In this document: piece by piece, positions 29,527-39,855 of the stretch | How positions within the stretch are numbered: the stretch's first letter is position 1 | How the letters are laid out: each line of letters begins with the position of its first letter | Assembly: GCA_963850905.1 (NCBI GenBank) | Contig: CAWKMU010000003.1 | Location: 1,472,001-1,536,000, forward strand | DNA length: 64,000 nucleotides | Source of the DNA: an uncultured Gemmatimonadales bacterium | GTDB taxonomy: Bacteria > Gemmatimonadota > Gemmatimonadetes > Gemmatimonadales > Gemmatimonadaceae | Reading direction: 5' to 3' | Made by a program: the position numbers and the translations under genes | The notes under the pieces: generated by a model | What the model saw: only the letters and a program-made list of their open reading frames with translations | The model's database searches: none | Told to the model about the DNA's origin: nothing

Positions 29527-31347
29527 GTGGCGACAAGGAGTGCATCCACAAGTCGGTGGCTGGCCGCGCTGCTCGCGTGCGGTCTGGCAACGAGCGCACT
29601 GGCGCAGCCCGAGATGCGCTTCGAGCGTCGCGAGCTCACGATCCCAATGCGCGATGGCGTGAAGCTATTCGCCGTCGCGCTCATCCCGGTCGGTACGACC
29701 ACGCCGCTGCCAGTCATGTTGATTCGCACACCGTACAGCGCTGCCCGTGCGTTTCCATCGGACACGCTGCCGGCCACATATCGGGAATTGGCTGCGGATG
29801 GCTACACCTTCGTCACTGAGGACATCCGTGGCCGCTACCGGTCGGAAGGCTTGTTCATCATGAATCGCGCGCAGCATGATCCGCGTGATCACGAGACCAA
29901 CGAGTCGACTGATACGTACGACACGGTGGACTGGCTCGTGAAGCACCTGCCGAACAACAGTGGGAAGGTCGGGGTGATGGGGATTTCGTACCCCGGCTGG
30001 CTGGCGGGTGTCGCGGCCCTGGCGGCGCATCCCGCCATCAAAGCTGTGTCGCCACAGGCACCGATGACCGACACCTGGATCGGCGACGACTTTTTCCACC
30101 AAGGCGCATTTCGCCAGTCGTTCGGCGTCGAGTACGCTGCGGCCATGGAGTTCACCAAGGATGGGACGCGTGGGGTGCCGGTCGATCGGTACGATCGCTA
30201 CGACTGGTACCTCCAATTCCCGACTCTCGACTCGATCGCCAAGGCAACCGGAATCACTGAGCTCCCATCCTGGGTCGGATTTCGGACGCATCCAGCGTGG
30301 GACGCATATTGGCAGGGGAAGGCGATGGAGCTGGCTCTCACGAAGCCTGTGGTGCCCCTGCTGTTCGTCGGTGGGTTTTGGGATCAAGAGGACATCTACG
30401 GACCACAAGGCGCCTACAAGGCCGTCATCGCGCATGATCCTGCCGGCACGACACGCATCGCGCTCGGGCCGTGGTACCATGGGGAGTGGGCCCGTCCGGG
30501 CGCCGGGGACTCGATCGGCGCCGTGCAATTCGGCAGCAAGACCTCCGACTATTTCCGCGCCCAGATTCAACGGCCGTGGTTTGCATACTATCTGCACGGT
30601 GTTGGCGACGGCAAATTCCCTGCGGCGTGGATCTTTGAAAGCGGCGAGAACGCCTGGCATACGTTCGATAGCTGGCCCCCGCACGCCGCACAGGGCCGTG
30701 CCATTTACCTCGGTGACCGGGGCACGCTCGCATTCGACAAGCCGACGACGAGCGGGTTCGACGCGTATGTCTCGGATCCGGCGCATCCCATTCCCTACAT
30801 GCCGCGCCCCATCGACGGGACGCGGTGGCATGGGTGGCTGCTCGAGGACCAGCGCTTCGTCGACCACCGCGCCAATGTGCTCACCTGGCAGACCGCCCCG
30901 CTTGCGGAGGATGCGACCATCGCCGGTGATGTGACCGCGCACATCTGCGCGTCGACAACGGGGAGTGATGCCGATTGGGTCGTGAAGCTCATCGACGTCT
31001 ACCCGGACAGCGTGGCCGCGAACCCGCGTATGGGCGGATACGAGCTCATGGTGGCGGAGGATATCATGCGCGGGCGCTACCGCTCGGGATTCGATCGGCC
31101 GGCGGCGATCCCGGCGAATACGGTGGAGGAGTTTCCCGTGGACCTACATGAGCAGCTCTACCGGTTCCTCAAGGGGCACCGGATCATGGTGCAGGTCCAG
31201 AGCTCCTGGTTTCCTCTCTACGACCGCAATCCGCAGACGTACATGCCCAACATCTTCGACGCCAAGCCGTCTGATTTTCATGTCGAGGAGCACCGGGTAT
31301 ATCACGGCGGCCCATGCGCGTCGCGCATTGAGGTCGGAGTGATGTGA
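29527..31347 (+). CDS. CocE/NonD family hydrolase (alpha-amino acid ester hydrolase/glutaryl-7-ACA acylase-like)
   Basis: IPMRDGVKL, RTPY, DIRGRYRSEG, GISYPG, GPWYHG and SSWFPLYDRNPQ motifs. Confidence 0.92.
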   Translation: MATRSASTSRWLAALLACGLATSALAQPEMRFERRELTIPMRDGVKLFAVALIPVGTTTPLPVMLIRTPYSAARAFPSDTLPATYRELAADGYTFVTEDIRGRYRSEGLFIMNRAQHDPRDHETNESTDTYDTVDWLVKHLPNNSGKVGVMGISYPGWLAGVAALAAHPAIKAVSPQAPMTDTWIGDDFFHQGAFRQSFGVEYAAAMEFTKDGTRGVPVDRYDRYDWYLQFPTLDSIAKATGITELPSWVGFRTHPAWDAYWQGKAMELALTKPVVPLLFVGGFWDQEDIYGPQGAYKAVIAHDPAGTTRIALGPWYHGEWARPGAGDSIGAVQFGSKTSDYFRAQIQRPWFAYYLHGVGDGKFPAAWIFESGENAWHTFDSWPPHAAQGRAIYLGDRGTLAFDKPTTSGFDAYVSDPAHPIPYMPRPIDGTRWHGWLLEDQRFVDHRANVLTWQTAPLAEDATIAGDVTAHICASTTGSDADWVVKLIDVYPDSVAANPRMGGYELMVAEDIMRGRYRSGFDRPAAIPANTVEEFPVDLHEQLYRFLKGHRIMVQVQSSWFPLYDRNPQTYMPNIFDAKPSDFHVEEHRVYHGGPCASRIEVGVM

Positions 31348-31667
31348 CTCACCTCGTCTCGAGACCGGGACGGATCACAGTCGATTGCACCCACGGTGTC
31401 CTCGTGGTTATGGGGTGAGTGAAGTGTCGAGAGTGCCCCTCGCCAAGGTTGTCGCGGGTGCGCTACAGCTCTGTCGAATCCCCCGTTGGTATTCGGCCCG
31501 GTGTGCCGGTCATGGCTAAGACCCGGAGAGGTTCAGATCGGCACAGAAGCTGCGATCGTCGAGCGCCGTTGGTGCGGTCTCTCCAACGCAGCCAAGGTCG
31601 CTGCGACACGTCGGAGCGCGAGATCTTGCCTCTTCCCCCGGCGCTGACACCAGCCGCGCCGTCATTC

Positions 31668-32816
31668 GTGCCATCGACCACTCAGAGCGCGCCGCACCCT
31701 GGAAGGGCGGGCGGTCGCATTCCATCGCTCGATGGGTTGCGAGCCGTGGCGATTGCATTGGTCATCATGTCACACGTCGTTTTTTTCTCCAGCTTCACTC
31801 GGCTGAGGATCATCAGCGACACGCTCGACATGGGGAATCTTGGCGTGCGCGTGTTCTTCGTCCTGTCAGGATTCCTTATCACCGGCCTTCTGCTACAGGA
31901 GGAAGAGCGGTCCGGTACGATCCGGCTTGGCCGGTTCTACCTGCGACGGACGTTTCGCATCTTCCCGGCGTACTATGTATTCGTCGCGACCGTCTTGATC
32001 GCGGCACGTCTGCATGTCGTGCGTATCGACCCCGGTGATGCCACGGCTGCACTTACGTACACGATGAATTTCCACGTCGGCCACCATCGCACGTGGCAAT
32101 TGGGTCACGGGTGGTCATTGGCGATGGAGGAACAGTTCTATCTCGTGTGGCCGGCGCTGCTGCTTCTGACCGGCAGGCGCCGGGCCTTCGGGCTAGCCGT
32201 CCTGCTCATCGCGGTGCTCCCGATTGTGCGCTTCGTCGAGCAGCAGCACGGTCTCGTGCCGGGACCTCCACGGTCGTGGGAGTCGTTCGGGGATGCGTTG
32301 GCCATCGGCGGCCTCCTCGCGGGCTTTGGCGAACGGCTCTGGAACTGGCGGCCCTACCGCGCCGTGTTGACGTCGCCCGCGGTTGCCCTGCTGCCAGTGC
32401 TTGTCCTGCTGGCCACGGCCGACCTTGGCGGCCGACCCCGTCTGCATGCAGCGGTGCAGCTCAGCGTGCTCAACGTCCTGATCGCGCTGGTCATTCATTA
32501 CTGCGTGAAGGTGCCCACATCGCCGGCGGCACGACTGCTGAACTGGCGACCCATCGCGGCGGTCGGAGTTCTCAGCTACTCCCTGTATCTGTGGCAAGAG
32601 CCCTTCATGGAGACCCCGCTGAACACCTGGTGGACGCGTTTCCCGATCAATGTCATCCTTGCGGTGATCGCGGCGTGGCTATCCTATCATCTCGTCGAGC
32701 AACCATTCCTGCGCATTCGCCAGCGCATTGACACGAGAATCAATGCCAGTCGTAGCGCTGACGACAATCGAGCGAGCGTCCCGGCAATCCCCGCGTCACC
32801 ACTCGCGGGCAATTAG
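31668..32816 (+). CDS. Acyltransferase 3 (OafA-like) membrane O-acyltransferase; start uncertain
   Basis: SLDGLRAVA, FFVLSGFLIT, FYLRRTFRIFP, WSLAMEEQFY and SYSLYLWQ motifs. Confidence 0.9.
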   Translation: MPSTTQSAPHPGRAGGRIPSLDGLRAVAIALVIMSHVVFFSSFTRLRIISDTLDMGNLGVRVFFVLSGFLITGLLLQEEERSGTIRLGRFYLRRTFRIFPAYYVFVATVLIAARLHVVRIDPGDATAALTYTMNFHVGHHRTWQLGHGWSLAMEEQFYLVWPALLLLTGRRRAFGLAVLLIAVLPIVRFVEQQHGLVPGPPRSWESFGDALAIGGLLAGFGERLWNWRPYRAVLTSPAVALLPVLVLLATADLGGRPRLHAAVQLSVLNVLIALVIHYCVKVPTSPAARLLNWRPIAAVGVLSYSLYLWQEPFMETPLNTWWTRFPINVILAVIAAWLSYHLVEQPFLRIRQRIDTRINASRSADDNRASVPAIPASPLAGN

Positions 32817-32828
32817 AGCCCGGGCGCG

Positions 32829-34319
32829 TCACCTGGTTGCCAACACCTTCAGGCGCTCGACGGCGTGAGTGTTCTTCGGGTCCCGGACGAGCGATCTCCT
32901 ATAGTTGTCGATAGCGATAGCCTCGTCAATGGGCTCGTACGCCTCCGCCAGACTGTCGTACGTGTTGGCACTTTCCGGATAGAGGCTGACGTTGAGCTTG
33001 AATACCTCGATCGCCTCCTTCCGAAGCCCCTGTTGCACCAACAGGTATCCCCACGCGTTGACATCGCTCTCATCCAACTTGAACGTTGAATCCTTTGCCT
33101 TCGCGTCCCGCGCCACGTCGATCGCATGTTGAAAGCCGCGCTTCAGGAGCTCGGCGCGGAGCGCCCTTATTGAGAGTGGCAAGCCGAATCCAGTGGACCC
33201 TCGCATGTCCGGGATGTAGTAGCCAGCTACTTCGTCAATGAACGACTCCGGCGAGCAGCCCTGCATGTTGGTCAAGATGACGATCGCCAGGTCGTCGTCC
33301 GGATACACGAAGATTGCGGAGCGGCCGCCTCCGACGGAGGCCGCGGCTCGATGTTCCACCCTGCCTACGATAGGCCACCCTACCGCATATCCATTGAGCA
33401 ATCTGCTGAATCCGCCTGTTGATCCGTTGTTGAGAACCCCCGGCTTCCACAAAGTGTCAAGGCTGCTTTTCTCCCTCAGGAGTCGGCCATTCTGCAGAGC
33501 GATGACCCAACGCGCCAGTTCTTCCGCAGTACTGTTCATTCCCGCCGCCGTTCGAAGAAACGGTGGGAACTCCTCAAACAGGTTGGCGAGCTTGTCGGTG
33601 GCGACCATCTCCAGCCCCACCTTTCGAAGGTGAGTATAGCCGCGGGCACTATGAGCCAGAACGTCGCGCGAATCTCCAAATAGGGTGAGCGGCATCCCCA
33701 CCACGCGCAGCTGCTCCTCCGCGATGAAACGGTCGAAGGGCTGTCCGCTCAACTTCTCAATGATTCTACCCAAGAGCAGGTAGTTCGTCTGGTTGTAGCT
33801 GAAGCGCTCCCCTGGGGCGAACTCCATGGGTATCGTTATCACTTTCGCCCAAGAAGCGTCATCGCCGGAGTCGGATACCATCGTTGCATTGTTGTCCATG
33901 ATGTTGGGCAATCCGGACATGTGCGTAGCCAGCTGCCGGACGGTCACCGGTCGCCACGCGACGGGCAATCCGTCGAGGTAGCGAGACACGGGTGCCGACA
34001 GATCCAACTGCCGGCGTTCTACCAGTTGCATGATGGCAACGCCGACAAACGCCTTCGTGATGGAGTTGATGGAAAAGACCGTCCGATCATCGACAGGGAC
34101 GCTGTCCTGTATGTTGGCGGTGCCGTAAGCGCCATGCAGCACGATCTCGCCATGTCGAACGACCGCTATCTGGAGTCCTGGGATCTGACGCCTTCTCATC
34201 TCCGCGCGTAGAAACGTGACAACAGCGCTCGACTGGAACGTGTGGACTCGCGCCGGCGGTGGGTGGACCGAAGGCACAATGAAGAGCAGCGATCGGAGCA
34301 CGTCGTTCAGACTTGTCAT
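32829..34319 (-). CDS. Serine hydrolase (beta-lactamase-like) with C-terminal TPR
   Basis: SITK (SxxK), LATHMSG and FSYNQTNY motifs; C-terminal TPR-like helices (NAWGY...NTYDSLAEAY). Confidence 0.9.
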   Translation of the reverse strand: MTSLNDVLRSLLFIVPSVHPPPARVHTFQSSAVVTFLRAEMRRRQIPGLQIAVVRHGEIVLHGAYGTANIQDSVPVDDRTVFSINSITKAFVGVAIMQLVERRQLDLSAPVSRYLDGLPVAWRPVTVRQLATHMSGLPNIMDNNATMVSDSGDDASWAKVITIPMEFAPGERFSYNQTNYLLLGRIIEKLSGQPFDRFIAEEQLRVVGMPLTLFGDSRDVLAHSARGYTHLRKVGLEMVATDKLANLFEEFPPFLRTAAGMNSTAEELARWVIALQNGRLLREKSSLDTLWKPGVLNNGSTGGFSRLLNGYAVGWPIVGRVEHRAAASVGGGRSAIFVYPDDDLAIVILTNMQGCSPESFIDEVAGYYIPDMRGSTGFGLPLSIRALRAELLKRGFQHAIDVARDAKAKDSTFKLDESDVNAWGYLLVQQGLRKEAIEVFKLNVSLYPESANTYDSLAEAYEPIDEAIAIDNYRRSLVRDPKNTHAVERLKVLATR

Positions 34320-34363
34320 CTAGCTCGCCTGGGGCTGTTATGTAGTTTGCTGAGAAACCAGCA

Positions 34364-34398
34364 CTGCTGAAATTTCAGCAGACAGGTGCGTTTGTCAA
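34364..34398 (-). promoter_or_regulatory. Promoter -35 plus overlapping perfect palindrome (candidate operator)
   Basis: TTGACA on the minus strand at 34398-34393; CTGCTGAAATTTCAGCAG (34364-34381) covers the expected -10 position. Confidence 0.55.
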
Positions 34399-34424
34399 GT
34401 CGGGGCGAAGCCAGACTCCGGCCC

Positions 34425-37100
34425 TCACGCTTTCAAGGTCTCGATCGGGTCGACGGCGAGCGCCCGGCGGGCGGGGAGATACGCGGCAGGTAGCGCGATG
34501 AGTGCCAACAGCGCGGTGACTTCCAGATAGGTCGGCGGATCCGCCGGACCGATGCCGAAGAGCACGGAACGCATCGCGCGTGTCGCCACGAGTGCGACGC
34601 CCAGTCCGACGAGCACACCTCCCAGTGTCAGGCCGGCGCTTTCTCTGATGACCGAGACCAGAACCTGGCGGCGGGAGGCACCAAGTGCGACGCGGAGCCC
34701 GATCTCGCGCCTGCGCTCGCTGACCGCGTAGGCGACGACGCCTGCGATCCCGAGGGCGCCGAGCAACAGCCCAAGCCCGCTGAAGGTCGCGAGGAGCACC
34801 GAGAGAAGGCGCGGCCGCGCGACTGACTGCCGGACGACATCGTCGAGCGTCTTCACGCTCGTAATCGTCTGATCCTTGTTCAGGGACCAGATCGCACGTT
34901 CGATAGCTCCAGTCATCGCCACCGGATCGCCTCGCGTCCGCACGACGAGCGTCACCGACGAGCGCATGTTCTGCGGCGCAGCCAGGTACATCGCCGGCTG
35001 GGGCGCCGCGTCGAGGCCATCTTCGTGGACGTCCCGGACCACGCCAACGATCGGCACGCGAGTCGTGTCACCGAGCACCAGCCTTCGACCCGGCACATCG
35101 GTGATCGCGCCAGGGAGATACTTGCGGGCGAACGCTTCGTTGACCACGACGACATCCTTCGTTCCAGAGGTATCGGCTCGCGTGAACTCGCGTCCGGCGA
35201 GCACCGGAGTGCCCATCGCTGCGAAGTATCCAGCGCTCACGTGGTTGACGAGTGCGACTGGTCGCTGGCTCGTAGGCACCAGGGGTTCGCCGTCGATGCC
35301 GAACCCCCAATCCTCTTCCTCGCCCTGCAAGGGTAGCAGCTTCGTGGCGCCGACGGCCAACACGCCGGGGACATCCCGCACGCGGTCGAGGACATTCCCG
35401 TAATAGCGAGCCTGCCGCGCGATGTCGCTGTCGTCGCCCGGTCCCGCGATTTGAAAATTGACGGCGAGCACATGGTTGGGATGAAAGCCGGTCTCAGTTG
35501 CCGTCAGACGGCGGAAGCTCTTCACCATGAGCACGGCGCCACATACGACCACGACGGCAACCGCGACTTCAGCCGCTACGAGTGCGTGACGTGCCCACAG
35601 TCGGTGGCGACCTGCCGTCGAGGCGCGGGTGCCGCCATCCGCATTCACGGGGTGGTCACTCGAAGCGGCGATCTTGAGCGCCGGTGGCAATCCGAGCAGA
35701 AGCCCCGTGGCGAGGGACGCGAACAACGTCAATCCCACGACGTCCCATTGGAATCGAGGTGCGAGCCGCGGCAGCTCTCCCTCCGCGAGCAGCGCGATGA
35801 CGGGCAGCGATAATCTGGCGACGAGGACACCGGCGAGACCGCCGATCAGCGCCAGCAGCATCGACTCGACCATCAGTTGGCGCACGAGGCGTCGGCGCGG
35901 GGCGCCAAGCGCCGAGCGCACGGTGAACTCCGTTTCGCGCGCCGTCGTGCGGGCGAGCAACAATGCGGCGATGTTGGTGGCCGCCATCAATAGCACGCAG
36001 CCGACACCGCCCAGCATCACGAGGAGTGCGGGTCGCACGTCGCCGACGATCGAATCAAGCAGTGGGACGACGCGAGCGCTCGTCCATCCGAAATCCCCGT
36101 CGGGGTAGGCGTCGGCCAGATGGTGCTGGAGCTGCGCGAGGCTGGCCTGCGCCCTTGTCACCGACACACCGGGGGCGAGGCGGCCGATGACGTTGAGCCA
36201 CCGGACCGCGCGGACCTTCCACGGCGTTGCGGTTTGTGCTTCATACAGCGCGGACATCCGAATGTCCGGCCCGTCTCCCGGGAATCGCATCGCGGGTGGC
36301 ATGACACCGACGACGACATGTGGCGCCCCATCGAGGTCAATAGCGCGGCCGACGATCGTCGGATCGGAGCCGAAGCGGCGATGCCAGAGCCCGTCGCTCA
36401 ACACGACGACGCGCGGGCCGTTTTCCGCCATCTCGTCGGCACGCGGAAGGCGTCCGAGCTCTGGTTTGACGTCGAGGGTCTCGAAGAACCCCGGTGTGAT
36501 CTGCGCTGCCGAAAGCCGTTCCGGCTCGCCCAGGCCCGTGAGGTCTGCACCACTCTGGCCTGGCGCGTACCAGTAGCCGCCGACGGACGCGATGTCGTGC
36601 TGACCGTGCCGCCAGTCCTCGAGATCGGGAACCGAGATTGGTCCCAGAGTCTGCCGCTTGGGTTCGACGGGCCACAGGCGGACCAGTTGGTCCTGGTGCG
36701 GGAAGGGCAGGGGCTCGAGGAGGACGTGATCGACCACGCTGCCGATCGCGGCGACACCGCCCATGCCGAGGGCCAGCGTCAGCACAGCGACCGTTGTGAA
36801 CCCCGGGCTCGAGACCAGGCGCCGCCATGCATAGCGGATGTCGTGATTGAGCCCGAACCAGGCTGCGGCCGACCGGGCGCGCGTTTCGTGCGCGGCGTCG
36901 AGCGCCGCAATCGCCGATCGAGTGCCATCGACGTCACCGAACTGCCGCAGGGCCTCTCGGCGCGCGGCTTCGGCACTCATGCCACGGCTCATCAGCTCCT
37001 CGATGCGCATGCCGAGGTGCGCCGTGATCTCGGCATCGACATCCTCGTCGATGTCCGGTTTCCGGCGCTCGAGGTGGAACAGTCGTCTCACGCCACGCAT
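34425..37100 (-). CDS. ADOP-family duplicated ABC permease (MacB/FtsX duplicated)
   Basis: Permease prefix (GMSAEAARREALRQFG), AVLTLALGMG, two periplasmic/FtsX repeats, EIGLRVALGA, C-terminal PARRALAVDP. Confidence 0.92.
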   Translation of the reverse strand: MRGVRRLFHLERRKPDIDEDVDAEITAHLGMRIEELMSRGMSAEAARREALRQFGDVDGTRSAIAALDAAHETRARSAAAWFGLNHDIRYAWRRLVSSPGFTTVAVLTLALGMGGVAAIGSVVDHVLLEPLPFPHQDQLVRLWPVEPKRQTLGPISVPDLEDWRHGQHDIASVGGYWYAPGQSGADLTGLGEPERLSAAQITPGFFETLDVKPELGRLPRADEMAENGPRVVVLSDGLWHRRFGSDPTIVGRAIDLDGAPHVVVGVMPPAMRFPGDGPDIRMSALYEAQTATPWKVRAVRWLNVIGRLAPGVSVTRAQASLAQLQHHLADAYPDGDFGWTSARVVPLLDSIVGDVRPALLVMLGGVGCVLLMAATNIAALLLARTTARETEFTVRSALGAPRRRLVRQLMVESMLLALIGGLAGVLVARLSLPVIALLAEGELPRLAPRFQWDVVGLTLFASLATGLLLGLPPALKIAASSDHPVNADGGTRASTAGRHRLWARHALVAAEVAVAVVVVCGAVLMVKSFRRLTATETGFHPNHVLAVNFQIAGPGDDSDIARQARYYGNVLDRVRDVPGVLAVGATKLLPLQGEEEDWGFGIDGEPLVPTSQRPVALVNHVSAGYFAAMGTPVLAGREFTRADTSGTKDVVVVNEAFARKYLPGAITDVPGRRLVLGDTTRVPIVGVVRDVHEDGLDAAPQPAMYLAAPQNMRSSVTLVVRTRGDPVAMTGAIERAIWSLNKDQTITSVKTLDDVVRQSVARPRLLSVLLATFSGLGLLLGALGIAGVVAYAVSERRREIGLRVALGASRRQVLVSVIRESAGLTLGGVLVGLGVALVATRAMRSVLFGIGPADPPTYLEVTALLALIALPAAYLPARRALAVDPIETLKA

Positions 37101-37109
37101 ACGATCTCC

Positions 37110-37445
37110 CTACGCGGTGCTGAGGATACGCGATACGGCGGCTGCATAGCGTTCCCAGAGGGATGTGCGAGCGCGGAGGTGCGCTCTCCCAGCCGGTGTG
37201 AGCTCGTAGTACTTGGCCGTCCGATTGGCGTCCGATCGTCCCCACTCGCTCTCGACCCATCCACGTTTGCGGAGTCGGTGGAGCGCGGTATAGAGCGCGC
37301 CATCCTCGATCACCAGCTCGTCCTGGGTGCGGTCGGCAATCCAGCGGGCGACGGCGTAGCCGTGTCGCGGGCCCCAGCTGAGCGCTTTGAGAATGAGGAG
37401 ATCCAGCGTCCCCTGTAGGAGCTCGAGCTCCTTGTCCGCGGCCAT
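37110..37445 (-). CDS. PadR family transcriptional regulator (type found with ADOP permeases)
   Basis: LLQGTLDLLILKAL..HGY..GALYTALHRL..AKYYELT. Confidence 0.93.
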   Translation of the reverse strand: MAADKELELLQGTLDLLILKALSWGPRHGYAVARWIADRTQDELVIEDGALYTALHRLRKRGWVESEWGRSDANRTAKYYELTPAGRAHLRARTSLWERYAAAVSRILSTA

Positions 37446-37454
37446 CGTGTCCGA

Positions 37455-37473
37455 CCCCTGAAGGATTCAGGGG
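37455..37473. promoter_or_regulatory. Candidate PadR operator
   Basis: CCCCTGAA-GGA-TTCAGGGG inverted repeat about 10 nt upstream of the padR start. Confidence 0.6.
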
Positions 37474-37610
37474 AAGGTGACGACACGGACCCCGCCTGTC
37501 AATTGTGTGCCGCGGTCAGTGCGGCGGACGTTTGTGTGCGGAGTCGTTCGGCTGACTCCCGGCCGGCGGCACCATGACACCCGGGCGCCGGCGCCATCGA
37601 GAAGATTGGC

Positions 37611-38024
37611 TCAATACCCTCCGCCGAACACGAGCACGTAGCCGTTTGGGTCGCGCACTTCGAACTCCCAGTTTTCGTAGGGCTGATGGGTGAGCGGCAT
37701 CTGGACGAACGGCTGCCCTTGTACACTCTCGTAGAGGGCGTGGACGCCATCAGCACGGATATAGGCGTCCCACAACCCGCTCGGCCGACGATCGCGCAGA
37801 TCGGGCTTCTCGTAACCGGCGAGGCCCAGCAGCATGATCTCGGCCGGTCCACGATGCAGGCTGGCGTACACGTACGGCTCGTGTTTCGGTACCGCGCCGG
37901 CGAGCTCGAATCCGAGATTGTCGACGTACCAGCGGACGGTGTTGGCCACATCGGCGACCAAGAAGGTCGGTACAGCGGATCGAATGGTGACGTCGCTCTG
38001 TGTGGGGGTGGACGCGTGGGTCAT
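37611..38024 (-). CDS. VOC/glyoxalase (bleomycin-resistance-like) protein
   Basis: VADVANTVRWYVDNLGF and EFEVRDPNGYVLVFG motifs. Confidence 0.88.
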   Translation of the reverse strand: MTHASTPTQSDVTIRSAVPTFLVADVANTVRWYVDNLGFELAGAVPKHEPYVYASLHRGPAEIMLLGLAGYEKPDLRDRRPSGLWDAYIRADGVHALYESVQGQPFVQMPLTHQPYENWEFEVRDPNGYVLVFGGGY

Positions 38025-38641
38025 CTCCAGCACCTCATTGGAAACGAATCAGTCGTTGGTGTGCGCGTAGCGCGACATGTCGCCTCCGCCGTTGGTCGTC
38101 CCGTGATCACCTCCTGAAATATTATGGGCGCGACCAGGCACTCGGGAACGTCGCGAGCGAACCCCTATGCCCGGACCTTCGCTGTCGAGGTTCGAGAGCG
38201 CTCGATCGCGTCCTGGATCGTCCGACAGGTCGCGGGGCTAAGGCCTTCACCGAACCCATAGGTCTTTTACGGACAGGCCCTCCGAGCCCGTCACCATGAT
38301 GGCTGATCGGACGGCGATTGCTGGCTCGTCTCGATCGATCGGCCCGCCTCAGTCATGGCTCGCCACCCCTCGTCGTCCCACGTCGGCTCGCGCGCCCACT
38401 GCGGCGCGCGCCACAATCAGAACAAGAGTCTCTACGGAGTTGCACGCATCGGGGCGTGATTCTGGCTCACTCGCTAGCCGTCGGCCCGCCGTAGACATAC
38501 TATCAGAACCACACCTTCCCACTGACGGCAGCCGTCGTGGCGACGTCGGACGTAGAGGACCCTGCTCCAAGCCGCACTCCGCCAGCGTGCACCTGTGGGA
38601 ATCCCCTCATCCCTTACCTACTGAACGCGATCTGAGGACGG

Positions 38642-39724
38642 ATGGGCCACATCGAGAACGAGCCTGTCAGAGGATCCATCGGCGACCTGCGGGCGTTTCA
38701 GAAGCCGGGACTGCAAACGCTCCGCCGCTACATCCGGGGCGAGCTGGCCGCACCGCCCATCGCGCGACTCCTCGGCATGCGCCCGACCGATGCGGGACTC
38801 GGCAGAACGACATTCACGATGCCTGTCACGCGCTGGTTGGAGGACGGGTTTGGTCTGTATTGGGGCGGCGTCTACGCGCTCTTTGCCGACGCGCCACTGG
38901 CGTCGGCGATCTGGACAACGTTGCCCGCCGGGAAAGCAGTCACCACATCCGAGCTCAGTCTGTCGTTCGTACGGCCGATGAGCAGAAAGACGACGAACAT
39001 GATTGGACGGGCCGAGACGATTCATGCGGGCAGTCAGGTCGGTCTGTCGATGATTCAGATTACCGACCACGAAGGGCGCCTGCTCGCATTCGGCAGCACG
39101 CGCTGCCTGATCGCCGACGTGCCGGTCGACCTCCAGGCGGAGTATCCACCGCCGAACCCTGGCCCTTCCGATTCGCCCGATCCGTATCTCCGAGCGCCCC
39201 CCGAGACGGGCTACTTCAGTCTGGATCAGGTCCTGAACGGCACCCCCATCGATTTGCAACGGCGCACCATCGCGGGCGAGAAGATCTTCCCGGTCTGGCA
39301 ATTGACCGGGTATCGACCGACGTCGGTCGATGACGGCCACATCAAGGGCGTGCTGCCGTCGTCGCCATGGTTCTCGAATGGCGGGCCGTCGATCTACGGC
39401 GGCCTGCTCGCATGGGCAGCGGAGTTCACGATGGGTGCAGCGGTGTATTCCACGCTATCCGCGGGCGACGTGTTCGCCACGTTGGATATGCACATTCGCT
39501 TCACGAGACCAGCGGTCATCAACTCAGGGCCTTTCACCCTTGACGGCTCCGTGAATCACCGCGGCAGATTGCTGCGCGTCAGCTCCTGCAACGTCGATAA
39601 CGCGGAAGGCAAGCGCGTCGCGATGGCGACGTCGTCGGCCCTCGTGGTCGAGGGCGGCGCTCGCGAGCTGCGCAAAGGACGGCTCCCGGAAGAGATCCTG
39701 GTGGAAGCCTCGAGTGGAAGCTGA
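38642..39724 (+). CDS. Double hotdog-fold PaaI-family thioesterase
   Basis: Two PaaI-like halves (GGVYALFAD..ELSLSFVRP; YGGLLAWAAE..DMHIRFTRP). Confidence 0.82.
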   Translation: MGHIENEPVRGSIGDLRAFQKPGLQTLRRYIRGELAAPPIARLLGMRPTDAGLGRTTFTMPVTRWLEDGFGLYWGGVYALFADAPLASAIWTTLPAGKAVTTSELSLSFVRPMSRKTTNMIGRAETIHAGSQVGLSMIQITDHEGRLLAFGSTRCLIADVPVDLQAEYPPPNPGPSDSPDPYLRAPPETGYFSLDQVLNGTPIDLQRRTIAGEKIFPVWQLTGYRPTSVDDGHIKGVLPSSPWFSNGGPSIYGGLLAWAAEFTMGAAVYSTLSAGDVFATLDMHIRFTRPAVINSGPFTLDGSVNHRGRLLRVSSCNVDNAEGKRVAMATSSALVVEGGARELRKGRLPEEILVEASSGS

Positions 39725-39855
39725 GCGTTGGCTCGGTACGCATTACATACCTCATGCTCGGTGCCCTGGCATAGACTGTCGTCCAGCCCCCAGAAGAAGA
39801 AATTGCGGTACGCCCGCACTCTCGTGGATGCCACTTCTGCAATTGGAGTCCTCCA

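Noticed and set aside
38104..38115. TGATCACCTCCT matching the 16S rRNA 3' end; on the minus strand a perfect SD, with a 9-aa ORF (38049-38078) nearby
   Set aside because: There is no surrounding rRNA sequence. The SD is followed by ACG rather than a start codon, and the tiny ORF has no supporting evidence.
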